Below are positions 39,739 to 49,582 of a stretch of DNA of 64,000 bases, piece by piece. The position numbers and the translations under genes are program-made. A model generated the notes under the pieces. It did not search any database and had not been told where the DNA came from. It saw only the letters and a list, made by a program, of their open reading frames with translations. Position 1 is the stretch's first letter. Each line of letters starts with the position of its first letter. The stretch is from Candidatus Bathyarchaeota archaeon (GTDB lineage: Archaea > Thermoproteota > Bathyarchaeia > Bathyarchaeales > Bathycorpusculaceae). The stretch is taken from positions 1 through 64,000 of the forward strand of contig CAVYHV010000023.1 in NCBI GenBank assembly GCA_963768425.1, given 5' to 3'.

Positions 39739-40440
39739 TCAAGGTTTTGATGCTTCAATCACGTATAAGTCAACGACAAAATCATGTTTAACCTCCTTGT
39801 GAAAATCAAAAAGCCGCGGAATCGTCATAAGTATCGCATAAACTGCTTTAACGTTGCCGCCATGTTTGGCGATGAATTGTTCAAGGAAGGGAGATGGCTG
39901 AACCTGAAAGAATCCGCCGCTTGCCTTAAGCTTTATAATCAGTTGATTATCGGTTTCGGGATGGTTATGAAGAGAGTAAACGGATTTTCCCGACTCTAAA
40001 GCTTTTACTAAGAACGCTCTGTCAGCTTCGCGGATTTGAACTCCAAAAGGCGGATTCTGCAAGACAGTATCAAACTTGCCCGATACAGCTTTGATGTCGC
40101 CTATGACCCATTGAACGTTTCCCGCTAAGTAGAGTTTTCGCGAGTTTTGCGCGGCTGTTTCAATGGCTCGCTTATCGATGTCGACGCCGACGACTTCTTG
40201 AGCCCCAAGGAACGCTGCGCCCAACGAAAGCCTACCAGTTCCGCAGCCTAAATCCAGCACAGACTTCCCAACAACATCATCATTTACGAAAGCAGCGACG
40301 TAAAGCAAGGTTGCGGCAACAGGCTCCGAAGTTGTGTATTGTTCTAGGCGAACCTGGGGTGAGGGCTGAGGAGCAATTTTTGAGAGAAACCGCTCTAAAT
40401 CTAGCTTTCGAATAATCCTTTTTTGAGCATGTTCTCCCAT
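39739..40440 (-). CDS. METTL5-family methyltransferase
   Basis: LEQY.T, DLGCGTG.L, NPPFG, D..FL..A, YSLH, FH. Confidence 0.92.
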   Translation of the reverse strand: MGEHAQKRIIRKLDLERFLSKIAPQPSPQVRLEQYTTSEPVAATLLYVAAFVNDDVVGKSVLDLGCGTGRLSLGAAFLGAQEVVGVDIDKRAIETAAQNSRKLYLAGNVQWVIGDIKAVSGKFDTVLQNPPFGVQIREADRAFLVKALESGKSVYSLHNHPETDNQLIIKLKASGGFFQVQPSPFLEQFIAKHGGNVKAVYAILMTIPRLFDFHKEVKHDFVVDLYVIEASKP

Positions 40441-41402
40441 GAAGATTCGCCGACAGCTACCATAAACTCGTTAACGGTTAACACGGGCTTTGAAAACTTT
40501 CCTGGAGCATCCAAACTAATTCGAGGGCACGCGGTGTTGACATAGGCGTCAATGGATGGAAACTCCAAGAATGTTTCAGGCGTAATTTCCTTGGCAGCCA
40601 ACAGAAATGCTGCAACTCCGTGTTTCTGCGCCAACTCCTTGATTTTCAATGCTTGATCAATCTTTTTTTGCCCAGGTTTTAAGCCGATCAATACACCGAA
40701 GGTTCTTGCTTTTCGTGCCTCTTCAATGCTTGCCCAGCGCTGCTTGATGATTTTCTGAGCTTCTTTATCAATTGAGAAAGCCCTGTTATCATATGGATCG
40801 GCAATGACGGTTGGTTTGGACGTGTTCAACGCTATGCCTAATGCATGGAACAAGCCTCCGCCAATGAAAAGAAAAGCATCCACCTCCTACGCGATTGATT
40901 TCACGTTGCTGTAGTTGCAGCCGAGGACCTGACCAGGATAACTCATCTGCCCGCCATCGCCGACAACAACGATTTTCCCAGCCTTCGTTAAAATTTCTCG
41001 GGCTTGATTGAGCTCCTCTAGATGCTGTACCGAAGTCGCCAACCCGATCCTTGCAAACTTACTCAAAAGCGGCAAAGCTTTCTCCACTGCCTTGTTCACG
41101 CGTACAGTAGAGTTTGCCTCGATGTAAATCGTGGGGACCCGCCCATGGGCCAGAAATTTGGAGTGCCCAAAATGCACTATTAAATCCGCTCCCAAGCTTT
41201 CAGCAGCATCCATTGCAATATCGCACGCTCCGTAGCATGGGTCAGCGGAAATTATAGGAAGGGCGCCGGTTTTCTCCACGATATCTGCTAGACGGGGACC
41301 TTCAGGTTTGAATCCCTCAGGTAACTGAAGCAAAACTCGCTTAGCGCTACGCTTAGCTATCTCTTGCTTAAGCCGTTTCTCTTCAAAATCAAAACCCTTC
41401 AA
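40401..41402 (-). CDS. dph2: Diphthamide biosynthesis enzyme Dph2 interrupted by an in-frame TAG at 40887-40889
   Basis: LQLPEG.K, CYGACD, HFGH, GQVLGC | GG.FH, KPGQ, TACPR; the two ORFs are in one frame (..ATC GCG TAG GAG GTG GAT..). Confidence 0.92.
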
Positions 41403-41471
41403 AGTTCACTCCAGCCACTGACAAAAAGAAAGCAAAAACGAAATAAGAATTGGGTTGCGTAGCGTTTTAGG

Positions 41472-43904
41472 TTAGCGTGGCCATTCCCAGTCTTGCACTG
41501 GCTTCTTGATCGGTTGCCCTCGAGCTAAGGCTGCTTGTTCTGCGAGCCTTTCGAGAATTATCTTTTGTTCCACACTTGCAACCTGTTTCTTTGTGGCTAT
41601 GACTGCGTCGTTGTTTACTGATAAGCTGTCGATTCCGGCTCGGACGAGGAACTCTGCGAAGTCCGGTAGGTTTGATGGCCCTTCACCGCAGATTGAGACT
41701 GTGCATCCGTTTTCGTGAGCGACTTTGATAAGGTGAGCAAGTATTCTTTTTACGGCTGGGTCTCTCTCGTCGAAATAGCCCATTTGCCCTAGTCGTTCAG
41801 AGTCGCGGTCAATCATAAGTATGCCTTGAGTCATGTCGTTTGAACCGATAGAGAAGCCATCGACCAATTTGGAGAATTCGTCAGCCATTATTGCGATTGA
41901 AGGAGTTTCTGCCATGAACCAAACCTTGAAGTCTTTTGAGCGTTCTAAGCCTTCTTCCTTCATGATTTCTATGACTTTTTTGGCTTCCCAAAGCGTGCGA
42001 ACCATCGGAAGCATAACGTAAACGTTTTTGAGCCCCCATTCTGTGCGGCATTTCTTAATGGCTTGGCATTCGAGTCGGAAAGCTTGGATGTACCATTTGC
42101 TTATGTAACGGCTGCAGCCTCTCCAGCCAAGCATTGGGTTTTCCTCAACTATTTCGTATTTGTCTCCGCCCTTCAAGCCCCTATACTCGTTGGTTTTGAA
42201 GTCACTAAAACGGACTACAACTTGCCTAGGCTGGATTGCTCTGGCAACCGTGGCTATGCCTTCGGCGAGCTTATCTACAAATTGTTGGCTTTGACCTTCA
42301 TCAACAAAAGCCATCGGGTGCTTACCTATGGCGCTGGCCAGGATGAATTCTGTGCGCATCAATCCAATGCCTTCAAACGGCAGATTCTTGTATTGTTCAA
42401 TCATCTCCGGAGTTCCGAGATTCATGTAGATTTTTGTGGCTGTTACTGGAGCGACTTCTGCTTGCATAAAAACGGTCGATCCATTTGATGTTGCGGTTGG
42501 TTGAACAGCTTGCGCTAAAACACCTTCGTAGATTATGCCGTTTCTCGAATCAACTGTGTATTCTTGACCTGTTTTCATTACTTGTGTGGCCGTTTCAGTC
42601 CCCACCACACAAGGAATGTTCAGTTCACGACTTACAATTGCAGCGTGAGAGGTGATTCCACCCTTATCAGTAACAATGGCGCTTGCCATTTTCATGAAAG
42701 GTACAAAATCAGGATCAGTCATGCCAGTAACGAGAACGTCCCCTTTGTGCATGTCCCGATGCGCATCATCAGGGTTTAGGACAACTGTCGCCTTGCCTAC
42801 CCCGTAGCCTCTTCTTCCAGCTGAAATGCCTCTAACTACTACTTTTAATTCTTCTCCAGCTCTATGGTCGTCACTTTTTATGGGTATATCCATCTGTTTT
42901 GAGCTCCATACTGTTTCTGGGCGAGCTTGAACTATGAACATGTTCTCTGGATATGGCAAATCTTGGTCAATTGCCCATTCAATATCCATGGGCTTGCCAT
43001 AATGTTTCTCAATTCGGTTAGCAAGTGCAGCAAGCGCTAAGATTTCTGTGTCACTCATGCAAGTTACTTTCTGCTTATCCTCAGGAACATCCAAATGAAC
43101 TGTTTTTCCTGTTTTAGGGTCACGGATGTACTCTATTGTTTTACGTGAAATCCTTCTTTCCTTAATAGCCACAGTACTTTTGTCAACAATAAAGTCGTCA
43201 GGGTTAACTACACCTGAAACTACGGTTTCGCCTAAACCATAGTTACCTTCAATAACTATTTCATCGCGATTTCCAGTCACCGGGTTTATTGTAAACATAA
43301 CGCCAGCGCAGCCGGAGTTAACCATTTTTTGAACACCGACACTTATGAAAACTTTCTCGTGTGGAAAACCTTTCTCGTTTCTGTAAAAGATTGCTCTTGG
43401 CGTAAACAGGCTTGACCAACATTTAACGACTTTTGCTATAAGGTCGTCAGCGCCTCTTACGTTCAGAAAAGTTTCCTGTTGCCCCGCAAACGATGCGTCG
43501 GGCAAATCTTCGGCTGTAGCGCTTGATCGAACCGCAACAAAAACCTCTTTCAGCTCGAGCCGTTGGTTCATTTCTTTGTAAGCGGATCTCACGGCAGTTT
43601 CTATGTCTTTAGGCATCGGAGTTTTTTCGATAAGTTCACGTATTTTTTTGGATGCCACATCGTACTGTTTGGGGTCATTGGGGTTAGTTACTGTTTCATT
43701 TATTATTTTGTAAATTTGCTCTGCTATGTTCTTTTCTTGAATATATTTTTCATAAGAATAAGCTGTTACCGCAAAACCGGGAGGAACAGGCATTCCAGCA
43801 TGGATCATTTCGCCGAGGCTGGCGTTTTTGCCGCCAACAAGATGAACATCGGTATTTCTTACATCTTCAAACCATAAAACCAGTTCTTTCCCTTTTCCGC
43901 TCAA
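41472..43904 (-). CDS. ppsA: Phosphoenolpyruvate synthase
   Basis: VGGKNASLGEM, AVRSSATAED..ASFAGQQ, TSHAAIVSRE, GLMRTE, ENPMLGWRG, SIGSND, ICGE. Confidence 0.96.
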   Translation of the reverse strand: MSGKGKELVLWFEDVRNTDVHLVGGKNASLGEMIHAGMPVPPGFAVTAYSYEKYIQEKNIAEQIYKIINETVTNPNDPKQYDVASKKIRELIEKTPMPKDIETAVRSAYKEMNQRLELKEVFVAVRSSATAEDLPDASFAGQQETFLNVRGADDLIAKVVKCWSSLFTPRAIFYRNEKGFPHEKVFISVGVQKMVNSGCAGVMFTINPVTGNRDEIVIEGNYGLGETVVSGVVNPDDFIVDKSTVAIKERRISRKTIEYIRDPKTGKTVHLDVPEDKQKVTCMSDTEILALAALANRIEKHYGKPMDIEWAIDQDLPYPENMFIVQARPETVWSSKQMDIPIKSDDHRAGEELKVVVRGISAGRRGYGVGKATVVLNPDDAHRDMHKGDVLVTGMTDPDFVPFMKMASAIVTDKGGITSHAAIVSRELNIPCVVGTETATQVMKTGQEYTVDSRNGIIYEGVLAQAVQPTATSNGSTVFMQAEVAPVTATKIYMNLGTPEMIEQYKNLPFEGIGLMRTEFILASAIGKHPMAFVDEGQSQQFVDKLAEGIATVARAIQPRQVVVRFSDFKTNEYRGLKGGDKYEIVEENPMLGWRGCSRYISKWYIQAFRLECQAIKKCRTEWGLKNVYVMLPMVRTLWEAKKVIEIMKEEGLERSKDFKVWFMAETPSIAIMADEFSKLVDGFSIGSNDMTQGILMIDRDSERLGQMGYFDERDPAVKRILAHLIKVAHENGCTVSICGEGPSNLPDFAEFLVRAGIDSLSVNNDAVIATKKQVASVEQKIILERLAEQAALARGQPIKKPVQDWEWPR

Positions 43905-44458
43905 GTCGTCTCCGTCTCCGGTTGTTCCTTCTCAGCTACGTCTAACTCTGTTACGTCTGGAGAAGCTTCAATCTTGGAGATGACTATCTTGCAAGGGATG
44001 GGAAGTTTTGCGCTGCCTCTTTTAAGGGATTCTTTTGCTGTTTGCTCAGCGCCAGCTTTTACCCTGACGGTTATGATGGGTTGACCCACCTCTACCTTTG
44101 CGGCCGTGCCGATTGCTGTGCCGAAGGACCGCCTCATTCCTTGTTGAAGTCGGTCTGCGTGAGCGCCGAAAATCATTTTATTTTCTCTGAGAATTATATG
44201 AGGATACGGATGAACAATCATAAGGTAATCGTTTATGAGTTTATCAATCAAAACTCGGTTTGTGGCTACGCGCGCCGCTTCTAATGCGCTATGGCGTATC
44301 TGGGCCCGTTCGGTGGAGATAAGTTGACCCTCGACTTCAAAGGTTGCTTTAGTATCACCCATAGTGAATTTGACTATTTTTGGCGGCGGAAAACCTCTGG
44401 CGTATTCTTTTCGCGTATACGCTCGGTTCTTCACGTGCCGATAATTTCGCGCATGCAT
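43901..44458 (-). CDS. rpl10e: 50S ribosomal protein L10e (uL16)
   Basis: YTRKEY, ALEAARV..NR, RENKM..GAHADRLQQGMR..FG. Confidence 0.96.
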   Translation of the reverse strand: MHARNYRHVKNRAYTRKEYARGFPPPKIVKFTMGDTKATFEVEGQLISTERAQIRHSALEAARVATNRVLIDKLINDYLMIVHPYPHIILRENKMIFGAHADRLQQGMRRSFGTAIGTAAKVEVGQPIITVRVKAGAEQTAKESLKRGSAKLPIPCKIVISKIEASPDVTELDVAEKEQPETETT

Positions 44459-44624
44459 GCAAATATCCCTTTTTAGCTAACGCGCCCAGCGGTATTTAAA
44501 CAATTTGCAAGTTCCAGCTTAACAATTCCGTTATTATTTAACGTATAATCATTTACATTAGAGAGGTATTCTGGTTGAAAAGCGCGCGATTTCTTATATA
44601 CTTAGTTAACTTTTTTATTAACCG

Positions 44625-45920
44625 ATGCTAACAAAACTATTCATTTCAGGAAAAAACTGGAAACTTTCACTAGCCGAAATCACTGCTTATCTTAGCGCCA
44701 GAGAAATAGAGTTTAGTGTAAATTTCTTTTCCAAAGAATTTTTTTCAGTTGAATTACAACAAAACGTCAATATAGGGATCGAAGATTTAGGGGGAACAAT
44801 AAAAATTGGTGAAGCAAAAACGGAGTTCCCAACCCAAGTTGCAAGGCAAGCGTTTGTTGAAAGAAACAAACAAGCCCAGTCACAGATAACCACCGCATTA
44901 GATTCAAGCGGTTTAGTTGATGCCATGGCAAAGTGTTCCGAAAGGGTGTTTTTTGGAGTAAGCGTCTACAGTTCTGACAGCAGCCTGCGTTCTATGTCCG
45001 GTGTTATTCAAAGGTTTGTGGGAAGCACCGTTAAGGATCAACTGGGTGGTTACGGAAAAAAATCAAAGTTCATGGGCTTCTCGAAAGACAGAGGGCTACC
45101 GCAGCTAAGCCATGTCGAAGTAATTAAGAAGAAGCTAGTCGAAAATCAATCGGAAGTGCTGGTGTGCATCGGCAAGCAGAAGACTTGGGTCGGATCTACA
45201 GTCGGCGTTCACAACCCATTCGAATTCCAAAAAAGAGATGTGGGCAAGCCCAACGAAAGAAGAATTTTCGCTATGCCACCGAGGATAGCACGAATGATGG
45301 TTAACTTGTCTGCTTGCGCACCCGGAAAAGTTTTGCTTGACCCCTTCTGCGGCGTTGGCACGATTCTTCAAGAAGCATTATTGGGCAGAGCTAAGGTTGT
45401 AGGCGTTGACGCTAATTCTTGGTGTGTAAAAGCAGCTACCGAAAATCTCGAGTGGCTCACCAGAGAATACAGTCTTGAAAATGCTGACTTCAGGGTTGTT
45501 CAGGGCGATGTTAGTAAACTTACGCAGAAAATCGGTCAAGAAATGGTTGACTGCATAGTTACAGAACCAGATTTAGGTCCAGCATTACGTCAAGTGCCTA
45601 CTGGACCTTACGCATTAAAGATTATTGAAAAGCTTGAGCCACTGTTTTTTGGTTTTGTTGAGAAAGCTTACCAAGTGCTTAAGGCGGGCGGGCGATTGGT
45701 GCTTGTGACGCCCTACATTGTTACACGTTCCGGGCAAGCGGTGACGATGCCAATCTGCGAGAAACTTGAGAGCCTCGGATTCAACCGGGTACAGCCGTTC
45801 ACCAAAGAAATGTTTCCAGAAAAGCTGGAAGCTGTTGAAGCATTGGAAAGTCTTGGTTCCTTGGTTGAGATTGATGAGCGGCACAAGATTGGCCGAGAAA
45901 TCCACATTTACCAAAAATAA
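44625..45920 (+). CDS. Trm11/TrmG10-like SAM-dependent RNA methyltransferase
   Basis: PPRIARMMVNL, LDPFCGVGT, IVTEP.LG. Confidence 0.8.
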   Translation: MLTKLFISGKNWKLSLAEITAYLSAREIEFSVNFFSKEFFSVELQQNVNIGIEDLGGTIKIGEAKTEFPTQVARQAFVERNKQAQSQITTALDSSGLVDAMAKCSERVFFGVSVYSSDSSLRSMSGVIQRFVGSTVKDQLGGYGKKSKFMGFSKDRGLPQLSHVEVIKKKLVENQSEVLVCIGKQKTWVGSTVGVHNPFEFQKRDVGKPNERRIFAMPPRIARMMVNLSACAPGKVLLDPFCGVGTILQEALLGRAKVVGVDANSWCVKAATENLEWLTREYSLENADFRVVQGDVSKLTQKIGQEMVDCIVTEPDLGPALRQVPTGPYALKIIEKLEPLFFGFVEKAYQVLKAGGRLVLVTPYIVTRSGQAVTMPICEKLESLGFNRVQPFTKEMFPEKLEAVEALESLGSLVEIDERHKIGREIHIYQK

Positions 45921-45997
45921 AGGTTCACTGTAAGAGTTGTGTAGTTGAGGTTAGGTTTTGCATGTTTTTGTTTTTCGTTTAATAAATATTTTTGAAG

Positions 45998-46150
45998 TTT
46001 GTTTTTTTGGCTGCTTTTTTGTTACTGAGCTTGAATCATTTGCAGGTACCGTCCTTTAAAGTCATTTACCGTCCACTACCGTTCTTTACCGTCCTTTAAA
46101 GTCTGCAGGCGTCCCTTAACGTTATTTAACGTCCCTTAACGTCAATAGAA
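45998..46150 (-). repeat. 10-bp-period mini-array (10 units ending GAC/AAC on minus strand) plus conserved flank, copy 3
   Basis: Plus strand gtcctttaaa gtcatttacc gtccactacc gttctttacc gtcctttaaa gtctgcaggc gtcccttaac gttatttaac gtcccttaac gtcaatagaa; minus-strand flank ACCTGCA..TCAAGC..AAAAAAGCAGCC..ACAAA. Confidence 0.88.
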
Positions 46151-46352
46151 GAAAACATCTAAAGTCCATTGCTGTCAATGATCCTCAATTAAAACCAAAA
46201 AATAGATATTAAAAAGCGGAAATCATATGCACCGAGCCACATTTTCTAAAAACTGATCTTAGAGACGTGAAACTTTACCTAGCACCCAATTATTCACTGA
46301 AATGTAAGATGATTTATTAATTTGTTATGAGGAGATATTTCTCTAAAACTGC

Positions 46353-46853
46353 ATGAGGCTGAAAACATTGGAGACCAATTCAAGACCTAACTGGGACAGA
46401 TATTTCTTGGATCTTTGCGAAGCCGTGGCAAGGCGCGCAACTTGCGACCGCGGAAGAAGCGGCTGCGTAATCGTAAAAGACAAACGAATAATGACAACGG
46501 GGTACGTTGGCGCCCCTGCTGGTTTGCCGCATTGCGACGAAGTAGGCCACGACATGCGCAAAGTCTTCGACAGCACCGGCAACGTAACCCAGCATTGCGT
46601 CCGTACGCTTCACGCGGAACAAAACGCAATCATCCAAGCAGCGCGATTTGGGATACCGCTTGAAGGAGCCACACTTTTCTGCAAAATGACGCCATGCCGA
46701 ACCTGCGCGATGATAATAATCAACGCGGGCATAAAACGGGTGGTTTGCGAAAAACGCTATCACGCAGACGCTGACACGATAGAGATGTTCAAGCAAGCAT
46801 GCGTTGACTTAACCATCGTTAACAATGAAGTGGAGAAATACGATAAACAATAA
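46353..46853 (+). CDS. dCMP deaminase family protein
   Basis: RPNWD.YF, RATC.R, HAEQNAI.Q, PCRTC. Confidence 0.93.
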   Translation: MRLKTLETNSRPNWDRYFLDLCEAVARRATCDRGRSGCVIVKDKRIMTTGYVGAPAGLPHCDEVGHDMRKVFDSTGNVTQHCVRTLHAEQNAIIQAARFGIPLEGATLFCKMTPCRTCAMIIINAGIKRVVCEKRYHADADTIEMFKQACVDLTIVNNEVEKYDKQ

Positions 46854-46966
46854 GCTCTCGCGACTCTTTGAGAAGATAAACAATTACTAAATCGTTTTCT
46901 TGCAATTCGCAACTTACAAAAATCAGAAATACAAGAAACCCAGACATACTGAAGCAGGGCAACACA

Positions 46967-48103
46967 ATGGCCATTGACGAAAACGGTCTTAGTCTTCTTC
47001 AGACAATAATCGGTCCATGGTACGAATCCCTAAAAAAGCCTCAAGAAGCCCAGGAAAAAATCCTTGACACGCTTTTGAAAGAGTACAGCAAAACTGAATA
47101 TGGGGCAAGTTTTCACGCTGCCGAAATAAGCGGAATCCCACAGTACCAATCGAGCTTTCCAATAGCGAATTACCAACAGCTGATGCCTTACCTAGCCAAA
47201 GTAAGAGAAGGAAAATACAAAACATTTCTTTCTGAACCGCCTGAATGCTGGGTGATGACGAGGGGTTCCACAGGATCTTCTAAGGTCTTACCTGCCACCA
47301 AAACTCATCTGAAACAAATATTTTCCTGCGGAGCCAGAGCCCTGGTTCACAATGCCGTCAGAACAGAAAACTTCGACGTCTTCATGGGCGACGTTCTTAA
47401 CCTGAATTTTCCATCCAGCGTTCACACAATGACAACCGAAGGCAAAGAAGAAACGTACGGATACAGTTCAGGAACATATGCCAGAGTCAACCCGATGTTC
47501 GACCGCATCAGTCTAGTGCCACGGCAAGAAGAAATTGATCGACTTGGCTCCGGAATAGGCAAGGCTGATTGGGAAGGAAGATTCGAGTTAGCCTACCAGA
47601 AAGCATTAAACCACAGTGTCACAGCGACAATGGGTGTAACGCCTGTCATCATGGGGTTCGCACGGTACGTCAAAAAGAAACATGGAAAAGTGCCCAGAGA
47701 CATCTGGAAGTTCAAAGCTTTGTTTTGCACCAGCGTACCAAAAATTCAATTCAAGTACGCCCCGCTGTTAAAGAAATATTTCGGATCCGCTCCGATTGTA
47801 GAAATGTACACAGCTACCGAGGGCGTGTTTGGCCAGCAACTTGATGATTTACCTTATGTGACCCCGAATTACGATGCGTACCTCTTTGAAGTTCAAACCA
47901 AAGAAGGAATGAAAATGCTTCATGAACTCAAACGAGGCGAGTGGGGAAGACTAATCATTTCTTCAACGATGCTGCCCCGTTACGACATCGGCGACCTCAT
48001 AGAAGCTGCTGGAAAAAACTATTTCCGGGTGTTAGGAAGAGGAAAACTCTCAACGGTCCTTGAACATAGGCTTTACAGATTGTTTTTTGGTTGGCAACTC
48101 TAA
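46967..48103 (+). CDS. GH3-family acyl-adenylate/amido synthetase-like protein (short)
   Basis: P.EAQ..IL..L....TEYG, TRGSTG..K..P.T, YTATEG, RY.IGD. Confidence 0.8.
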   Translation: MAIDENGLSLLQTIIGPWYESLKKPQEAQEKILDTLLKEYSKTEYGASFHAAEISGIPQYQSSFPIANYQQLMPYLAKVREGKYKTFLSEPPECWVMTRGSTGSSKVLPATKTHLKQIFSCGARALVHNAVRTENFDVFMGDVLNLNFPSSVHTMTTEGKEETYGYSSGTYARVNPMFDRISLVPRQEEIDRLGSGIGKADWEGRFELAYQKALNHSVTATMGVTPVIMGFARYVKKKHGKVPRDIWKFKALFCTSVPKIQFKYAPLLKKYFGSAPIVEMYTATEGVFGQQLDDLPYVTPNYDAYLFEVQTKEGMKMLHELKRGEWGRLIISSTMLPRYDIGDLIEAAGKNYFRVLGRGKLSTVLEHRLYRLFFGWQL

Positions 48104-48498
48104 GTGGGAACGGGATTCCTGCTTCTACTTCTAGAATAGTAATAGAGCCCTGCAAGCAATATCAGAATGCCAATCCCAACTAACACAAGCGCTGAAGCCA
48201 CGGGACCACTAAGGCCGCTGAAAACGGTTGTGGTTGCATTTATGAATGCAAGTACTCCCAAAAGGACAATCAAGATTCCCGCGACCAAATACCCGAAGCC
48301 TCCGCCAGACTTCTCGTGTTTTTCTCCGTGCTTTTCAGCCTTTTCGTTATGCTTCTCATGCCGTTCATATCGATATCTGTAGTCTCGCGCTGTTGGACTC
48401 CCTTGCGAAGCAGTTCCGGCCTTCAGTGAAGCGCCGCATCGGGGACAGAAAGTCATCGTCTCATCAACTTTGTTGCCGCAATTTGGACAATACGACAT
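48100..48498 (-). CDS. Zinc-ribbon membrane protein
   Basis: YCPNCG..FCPRCG, EK/HEK-rich linker, two TM helices. Confidence 0.85.
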   Translation of the reverse strand: MSYCPNCGNKVDETMTFCPRCGASLKAGTASQGSPTARDYRYRYERHEKHNEKAEKHGEKHEKSGGGFGYLVAGILIVLLGVLAFINATTTVFSGLSGPVASALVLVGIGILILLAGLYYYSRSRSRNPVPT

Positions 48499-48622
48499 AA
48501 ACCTAATCACACTACATTTTTCATTTAATAGATCAAAGTATATAAAATGTTCACTTCTGACAAATCGAAAAAAACAAAAGTTAAATCCAAACACAACGAA
48601 ATAAGACATAGTGCCAAAAAAA

Positions 48623-49149
48623 ATGAGTGAAAAAACTTCAGGTTACCAAAGTGGTAGACTATTCCGAGAAGGAGTAATAGCTGCCGTTTCCACAGGTTTA
48701 TTCTTCAGTACTCAGTCGGAATTATCTTTGTAATCAACCAAAACCTTTGGCCAAAAATAAAAGACTTCGGCAACGATTTCACAATCACCCGCATTGCAAA
48801 CACATCAATCCAATTGCCAGTACCCGCTTCTCCAGCCGCTCACGTCGCCGTCTATTCGGCGGTTTTTCAATTCGCGTTGGGAATTGGAATACTCGAAATC
48901 CTAATCTTGGCAATGCATCTTGCAAATGGGTCCCGAATAAGAAGAACAACTCAATCTATCGGAAGTGCAGTTTTCTGGTTCGGTGCAGCCTATCTGTTAA
49001 GCATTCTTGCAGATATGAAAAACACATTAACAGACAGCCAACAACTAACTATATGGTATCAATTTTGGGCAGCTATAATCATGCTGATAGGCATCTCAAT
49101 AGTAGTTAGAGCAGGCGTCCTCTTAGCCGCAAAGCAATGGACAAAATAG
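48623..49149 (+). CDS. Hypothetical membrane protein with two single-base insertions (~48707, ~48714)
   Basis: MSEKTSG..AVSTGLFF/VL/VGIIFVINQNLW.. becomes continuous with ORF 48814-49149 when two A's are removed. Confidence 0.65.
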
Positions 49150-49182
49150 ATTCAGCCAAGAAAGACTAAGGAACGGCGATAT

Positions 49183-49512
49183 TCACCGTCTTCCCGGAAC
49201 AACAATCCACTTTACATTATCGAACCCGTATTTAGTTATTAACGGGTCGACAAAGTCAGGCGCCAAGTAATCCTCAATTTCTGCAAAAACCACGCTATCG
49301 CCGATCCTGTAAACAATGCCGATTTCGGTAAGATCCTTCAAGACCGCGTATTTTCCTTTGATTTCCCAGTAGCCAGGCTCATCTCTACCAGGTTCCAAAA
49401 GCCAAGAGTATTGGTCCTGAGGATGTTCGCCCTGCTCAAAATTAAAAGCGCATACAACTTCTCCCACGATTTTTGGATCATCACTTGTCTTAACGTAAAA
49501 CCAAATAGTCAT
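49183..49512 (-). CDS. Hypothetical protein
   Basis: MTIWFYVKT.. 109-aa ORF with protein-like composition, downstream of hemK2. Confidence 0.7.
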   Translation of the reverse strand: MTIWFYVKTSDDPKIVGEVVCAFNFEQGEHPQDQYSWLLEPGRDEPGYWEIKGKYAVLKDLTEIGIVYRIGDSVVFAEIEDYLAPDFVDPLITKYGFDNVKWIVVPGRR

Positions 49513-49582
49513 ATTGCAATCACCGCAATAACCAATGCGCAACACCCTTTATTTGCTTTTCACAGACGAAGGAAGTCAAGGA

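Noticed and set aside
40887-40889. Genome-wide TAG reassignment
   Set aside because: TAG terminates genes at conserved C-termini here (guaA IEWE*, also glmM, rfcL, mcm)
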